A DNA stretch of 64,000 bases from an uncultured Desulfarculus sp. GTDB lineage: Bacteria; Desulfobacterota; Desulfarculia; Desulfarculales; Desulfarculaceae. The notes beneath the pieces are model-generated. The model saw only the letters and a program-made list of their open reading frames with translations. It had not been told where the DNA came from and ran no database searches. This document shows, piece after piece, positions 60,266-64,000 of this stretch. Position numbers and translations under genes: made by a program. Position 1 is the first letter of the stretch; the number at the start of each line of letters is the position of its first letter. The DNA is taken from NCBI GenBank assembly GCA_963665125.2, contig CAXXUK010000001.1, positions 1,504,001 through 1,568,000 on the forward strand, given 5' to 3'.

Positions 60266-60996
60266 GGGCGCTCCACCAGGGCGGACATGATCTCGGCGGC
60301 CTTGCCCATAAGGCTGATGTCCACCAGGCCGCTGTTGGGCGTGGGGTCCAGGTTCACTTCAATGACAAAGGCCCCTGCCCGTTTGGCCACCGTGGAAAGG
60401 CTGGCCGCCGGCTGCACCACGGCCGAAGTGCCGATGACCAGCATGACCCGGCAGTCCTGGACCGCCCGCCAGGCCTTTTGCAGAACGGCCTGATCCAGGT
60501 TTTCGCCGAACCAGACCACGCCGGGCCGCAGCAGACCGCCGCATTGACCGCATTTTGGCAGCGGCGGCAGGTTAAGAGTGCGGTTCGTCTCCTCGGCGCC
60601 GCAGGCAAGGCAGCGCAGCCGCCAGATGCTGCCGTGCAGTTCCAGGACATTGCGGCTGCCCGCAAGATGATGCAGGCCGTCCACATTCTGGGTGATCAGA
60701 GTGTATTCCGGAATGCCCGCCTCGAGTTGGGCCAGGGCCAGATGGGCGGCGTTGGGCCTGCAATCGGCAATAAGCGATCTGCGCCAGGCATACCAGCGCC
60801 AGACCAGCTCCGGGTCCGCGGCAAAGGCCTGGGGCGTGGCCAACTCCTCGGGCCGGTGGTTTTCCCAGAGGCCGCCCGGTCCCCGGAAAGTCGGCACTCC
60901 GGAATCGGCAGAAACCCCGGCCCCGGTCAGCACGGCGATGCTTCCGGCCTCGGCCAAGGCATCTCGGGCTGTTTTCAAGGCTTGATCCATGGGCAT
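60262..60996 (-). CDS. cobB: NAD-dependent protein deacylase (sirtuin)
   Basis: GAGVSADSG.PTFR, TQNVDGLH, HG, two CxxC, RP.VVWFGE, GTS..V.PAA. Confidence 0.93.
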   Translation of the reverse strand: MPMDQALKTARDALAEAGSIAVLTGAGVSADSGVPTFRGPGGLWENHRPEELATPQAFAADPELVWRWYAWRRSLIADCRPNAAHLALAQLEAGIPEYTLITQNVDGLHHLAGSRNVLELHGSIWRLRCLACGAEETNRTLNLPPLPKCGQCGGLLRPGVVWFGENLDQAVLQKAWRAVQDCRVMLVIGTSAVVQPAASLSTVAKRAGAFVIEVNLDPTPNSGLVDISLMGKAAEIMSALVERP

Positions 60997-61118
60997 GGGC
61001 CTGCTCCTGATTAGGCATGACAGGACTATAAAGATAGGCCGGGCCCAACGCAGCTGTCAACGAGGCAAAAGCAAAGGGAGCGCCGAAGCGCCCCCTGCTG
61101 AAATCAAAATTGCCGGTA

Positions 61119-61418
61119 TTAGTCGTCGGAAGCAGGCGAAGAAGAAGCGGTGGTGGAAGGAGTGCTGTCCGAAGAACCGCTGTCCGCTGAGGAACTCGTG
61201 GAATCGTCGCCGTGAGGGCTGGGGCCAGTGGAACTGTTCTTGCCCTTATAATCGGTGACATACCAGCCGTTGCCCTTCAAATGAAAGGCGTTGAGGCTCA
61301 TCAGTTTATGGAGCTTGCCGCCGCAGTTGGGGCAAGTGTCCAAAGGCGCGTCAGAAAATTTCTGAATGGCCTCGGTCACCTCATGGCAGGAATCACATTC
61401 GTATTCATAAATCGGCAT
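61119..61418 (-). CDS. FmdB-family zinc-ribbon protein
   Basis: MPIYEYECDSC...CPNCGG...F.LKG.GWYVTDY with Ser-rich tail. Confidence 0.9.
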   Translation of the reverse strand: MPIYEYECDSCHEVTEAIQKFSDAPLDTCPNCGGKLHKLMSLNAFHLKGNGWYVTDYKGKNSSTGPSPHGDDSTSSSADSGSSDSTPSTTASSSPASDD

Positions 61419-61975
61419 TGTTCATATTCCCTTGGTTCTGATGCTTGGGCGAAATCCACGACGCCCGCATAGTGGCTTTCGTACAATCTTATAACCCGGT
61501 CGAGTCCGGGTAACTTTATACGCCCCAACGCCTCGGCTGTAAGGGCGTGAACTTTTGTTTCTTCATGGCGCCGCTGGCTCAAGTCCGCTTCAAACAAATG
61601 GAAATGTTTGAAAAAGCGGACAATGTGCACCAGTTCGTGGGCCAGGATGTAGACCAGAAGCGGATGCATCAGTTCGACGCGCTTGTCACGCTGGACCAGC
61701 GCCATCAGGCTGTGGTCCTGCAAACAGATGCGGTAAAAATCCCTGGCCCTGAGCCTGCCCCCGGCCGGAGGGCTGCGCATCTTCAGCACCTGGGCCAGGC
61801 AACAATGGCTTATCTCGCCCGGTTGCAGGTACTTGGCCGTCCGAAGCTCATAGGGGTTTTCAGACCAAAAGCTTTCGGTAATATGGAAGAAGTCGCTCAC
61901 CGACTCTTCGGCAACCACCGCAGCCTGGCTCAGTATGGCCTCTTCATATGGTCCAAACGCCTGAAGCGTCACCAA
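61376..61975 (-). CDS. Hypothetical protein with HExxH motif
   Basis: YRICLQD, Y.L.HELVHIVRF and EE..VH suggest a zincin-like fold. Confidence 0.7.
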   Translation of the reverse strand: MVTLQAFGPYEEAILSQAAVVAEESVSDFFHITESFWSENPYELRTAKYLQPGEISHCCLAQVLKMRSPPAGGRLRARDFYRICLQDHSLMALVQRDKRVELMHPLLVYILAHELVHIVRFFKHFHLFEADLSQRRHEETKVHALTAEALGRIKLPGLDRVIRLYESHYAGVVDFAQASEPREYEQCRFMNTNVIPAMR

Positions 61976-62127
61976 AACAGCTCCTTACCCCTAGGCTTTA
62001 CAACGAAATATAATCACCAAGATTACATCTTGCAAGTCCCGGCATTTTTTTTGGAAATATTGCCTTGGTTGACAACACTGCCCCATCGGTTGGACAATAC
62101 TTTTTCAAACCGTCAACGGAGTCATTG

Positions 62128-64000
62128 ATGCCCGCCAAAGAAAATCGTTTTTCCCCAACGGCCTTGCTCATATGTTTATTGGCCGTTGTTTTCGTTTCTT
62201 GGTCCGCCAACGCCCCGGCCCAGACCCGTGGTTCGCTTTTCCCCGGCCTGTACCAGAGCCAGGACGCCTCGGCAAGCTGCCGCCTGTCGGCCATGCCGGA
62301 CGGCTCCATGCTGATGATGCTGTGGCAGGGCGGCGCGCGCCAGGCCGGCCAGCGGGGCGGGTTTTCCTTTGGCGGGCGCCTGGTGGCCGGCTCCGAAGGG
62401 CGCTTGGCCGGGGCCTTTCAGTCCCTGCCTGGCACCTGCTGCCCTGTGTCGGGCCGCATCGAGTTGCAGGCCTCGGGCGCCGACACCTTTAATATCGTCT
62501 ATTTCGCCCCCGCCCTTGGGGAGCCGTCCTGGCGGCTGATGCCGGGCATGCAGTTCAGCCGTGTGGCCGAACCGGCCCCGGCCAGCCCCTTGCAGCGGCT
62601 TTCCGGCGGCTGGCGCATGGTCTACTGGTACACCGACCTTTTGCCCGGCGGGGCCAGCGCCGATACGGTTTCCGGATCCCTGTCCCTGGAGGTCAGCGGA
62701 GAGGGTCTGAGCGGCAAATGGCTGGGCAAACCAGGCGAATTGAGCATTACGCCGTCAACAGGCGGCGCGGTGCTGAACTACCGCGACGCCAAGGCGGGCT
62801 TTAGCCTGGAGGCCGATCTCAGTGAGCAGGCCCAGGGGTTGGCCCTGTCCGGGGCCTTCCGTTCCACCTTGGGCGCGGGCCGTCTGTTATTGGTCCGCCA
62901 GGGTCTGCCCGCATCGCCCCAGGCCCAGGGATCGGCCGAGGGCAGCTTATTGTCCGGCCTGTGGGTCAACCCCCTGACCGGCCGCGACTTTTACGAAATC
63001 AGCGATGCTCCCGGCGGCATAAGTTTTACGGCCTACGGCGGCAGCAAAAAGAGCCCGCGCTATCTCAGCAAGGGCCAGGCCGCCCAGGACGCCCAGGGTC
63101 TCTGGACCGGCACGGCCAAGGACCAGCCTGGCTATTGCTGCGGAAAACAGGGCCGCATCAGCTTTCAGACAACCGACGGCGGCCGCCTGGAGGTTCGATC
63201 ATTCTGGTGGCCCCAGGGCCAGAAAGACCCCGGCGGACAACTCGGCAATCTGGTTGTCTTGAAGCGGGCGTCCGAGCAAAAATCCGGCGGCCAGGCCCAA
63301 GAACAGCAAGGCTGGCCCCTGGTGGTGGCGGCCCAGCCGGGCCTGTTGGACACCAGCGCCGGTACCTTGGCCGTGGAGTTCACCTGGAAACCCGTGGGCG
63401 GTTCCAGGGCCCAGACCCTGTTCTCCCAGGGCGGCTACGGCCGGGACATGGACATCTATATCGACCGCAACGGTCATCTTGCAGCCCTGATTACCACGGA
63501 CCAGGGCCCGGTGAGCCTGGAAAGCGACGCGGCCGTGGTTCCCGACACACCGCACAAGGCCTGGCTGGTCTACAAATCCGGCGATGAAGCCAGGTTGATC
63601 CTGGACGGCCAAGAGGTGGCCGATGAAGACATGGACGGCAAATGGACCGGATCGCAGTCCCCCTACATCATCGGCGCCAGCCGCTGGCCCGGCCGGGAAT
63701 TCCAGGGCGAAATCACCAAGGTGAGCCTCTGGGGCACCAACCAGGATCACCAGGCCCCGGAAGAGGCCGCCCTGGTCATCGAGCCACAGGTAAGCGGAGA
63801 CGGCGGCCCCGCAAAGGCCCAGCAAACAAGCCAGGAACTAATCACGTTGACCCGCCTGTGGAATCCCAGGCTGATGCAGCACGCCTATGTGGTGGACCAG
63901 CAGCAGCAGGAAAAGCTTGCCGATGAGGGTTTCCGGTCCGGCGGCCCCCTGGCCGGGCTGTGGAAGGAACCAGGTGACGGCATGGTGCAGCTATGGGCCC
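62128..64000 (+). CDS. Large exported protein with vicinal-Cys repeat modules and LamG-like domain (3'-truncated by window)
   Basis: Hand translation is open from ATG 62128 (GGAG RBS) to the window end; signal peptide; PGTCC/PGYCC modules; L.LDG...YIIG...FQGEI.KV LamG pattern. Absent from the ORF track because it has no stop in the window. Confidence 0.82.
   Translation, partial: MPAKENRFSPTALLICLLAVVFVSWSANAPAQTRGSLFPGLYQSQDASASCRLSAMPDGSMLMMLWQGGARQAGQRGGFSFGGRLVAGSEGRLAGAFQSLPGTCCPVSGRIELQASGADTFNIVYFAPALGEPSWRLMPGMQFSRVAEPAPASPLQRLSGGWRMVYWYTDLLPGGASADTVSGSLSLEVSGEGLSGKWLGKPGELSITPSTGGAVLNYRDAKAGFSLEADLSEQAQGLALSGAFRSTLGAGRLLLVRQGLPASPQAQGSAEGSLLSGLWVNPLTGRDFYEISDAPGGISFTAYGGSKKSPRYLSKGQAAQDAQGLWTGTAKDQPGYCCGKQGRISFQTTDGGRLEVRSFWWPQGQKDPGGQLGNLVVLKRASEQKSGGQAQEQQGWPLVVAAQPGLLDTSAGTLAVEFTWKPVGGSRAQTLFSQGGYGRDMDIYIDRNGHLAALITTDQGPVSLESDAAVVPDTPHKAWLVYKSGDEARLILDGQEVADEDMDGKWTGSQSPYIIGASRWPGREFQGEITKVSLWGTNQDHQAPEEAALVIEPQVSGDGGPAKAQQTSQELITLTRLWNPRLMQHAYVVDQQQQEKLADEGFRSGGPLAGLWKEPGDGMVQLWA

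Noticed and set aside
59447..60996. Sirtuin as an anti-phage Sir2 system, or DUF62 as a fluorinase/chlorinase
   Set aside because: The sirtuin is a standard zinc-binding CobB type, and the DUF62 protein retains hydrolase-type motifs with no halometabolite cluster nearby.

Overview
GC-rich bacterial chromosomal segment. The gene content (sigma54 activators, GAK operon, lactate permease, acyl-CoA enzymes) suggests a Desulfobacterota-type sulfate reducer from a saline habitat (inference). Main blocks: degenerate IS3 left end (1-210); two paralogous membrane proteins plus an exported HEAT-repeat protein; ectABC; a low-GC sigma54-activator/MBL-hydrolase islet; TetR with two class III aminotransferases and ald; a sigma54-linked operon encoding a pyruvoyl SAM-decarboxylase homologue, a GNAT, an ATP-grasp ligase and a fold-III PLP decarboxylase; a 1234-aa exported repeat protein; lactate permease and acyl-CoA metabolism genes; a complete GAK (Grasp/Amphi-Trp/Kinase) operon behind a Pho-box-like repeat; a sigma54-driven acidic beta-propeller; slp-lnt; an orphan ParA/RHH pair; frameshifted gltA and porin genes; a PAS histidine kinase; cobB with a DUF62 gene; and a large exported LamG protein running off the right edge. 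Best candidates for undescribed biology: (1) the SAMDC-GNAT-ATP-grasp-decarboxylase operon, which lacks an aminopropyltransferase; (2) the aminotransferase pair with reciprocal active-site degeneration, suggesting an obligate heterodimer; (3) the GAK operon with a likely phosphate-regulation signature. All family calls come from motif recognition by eye; no database searches were run.
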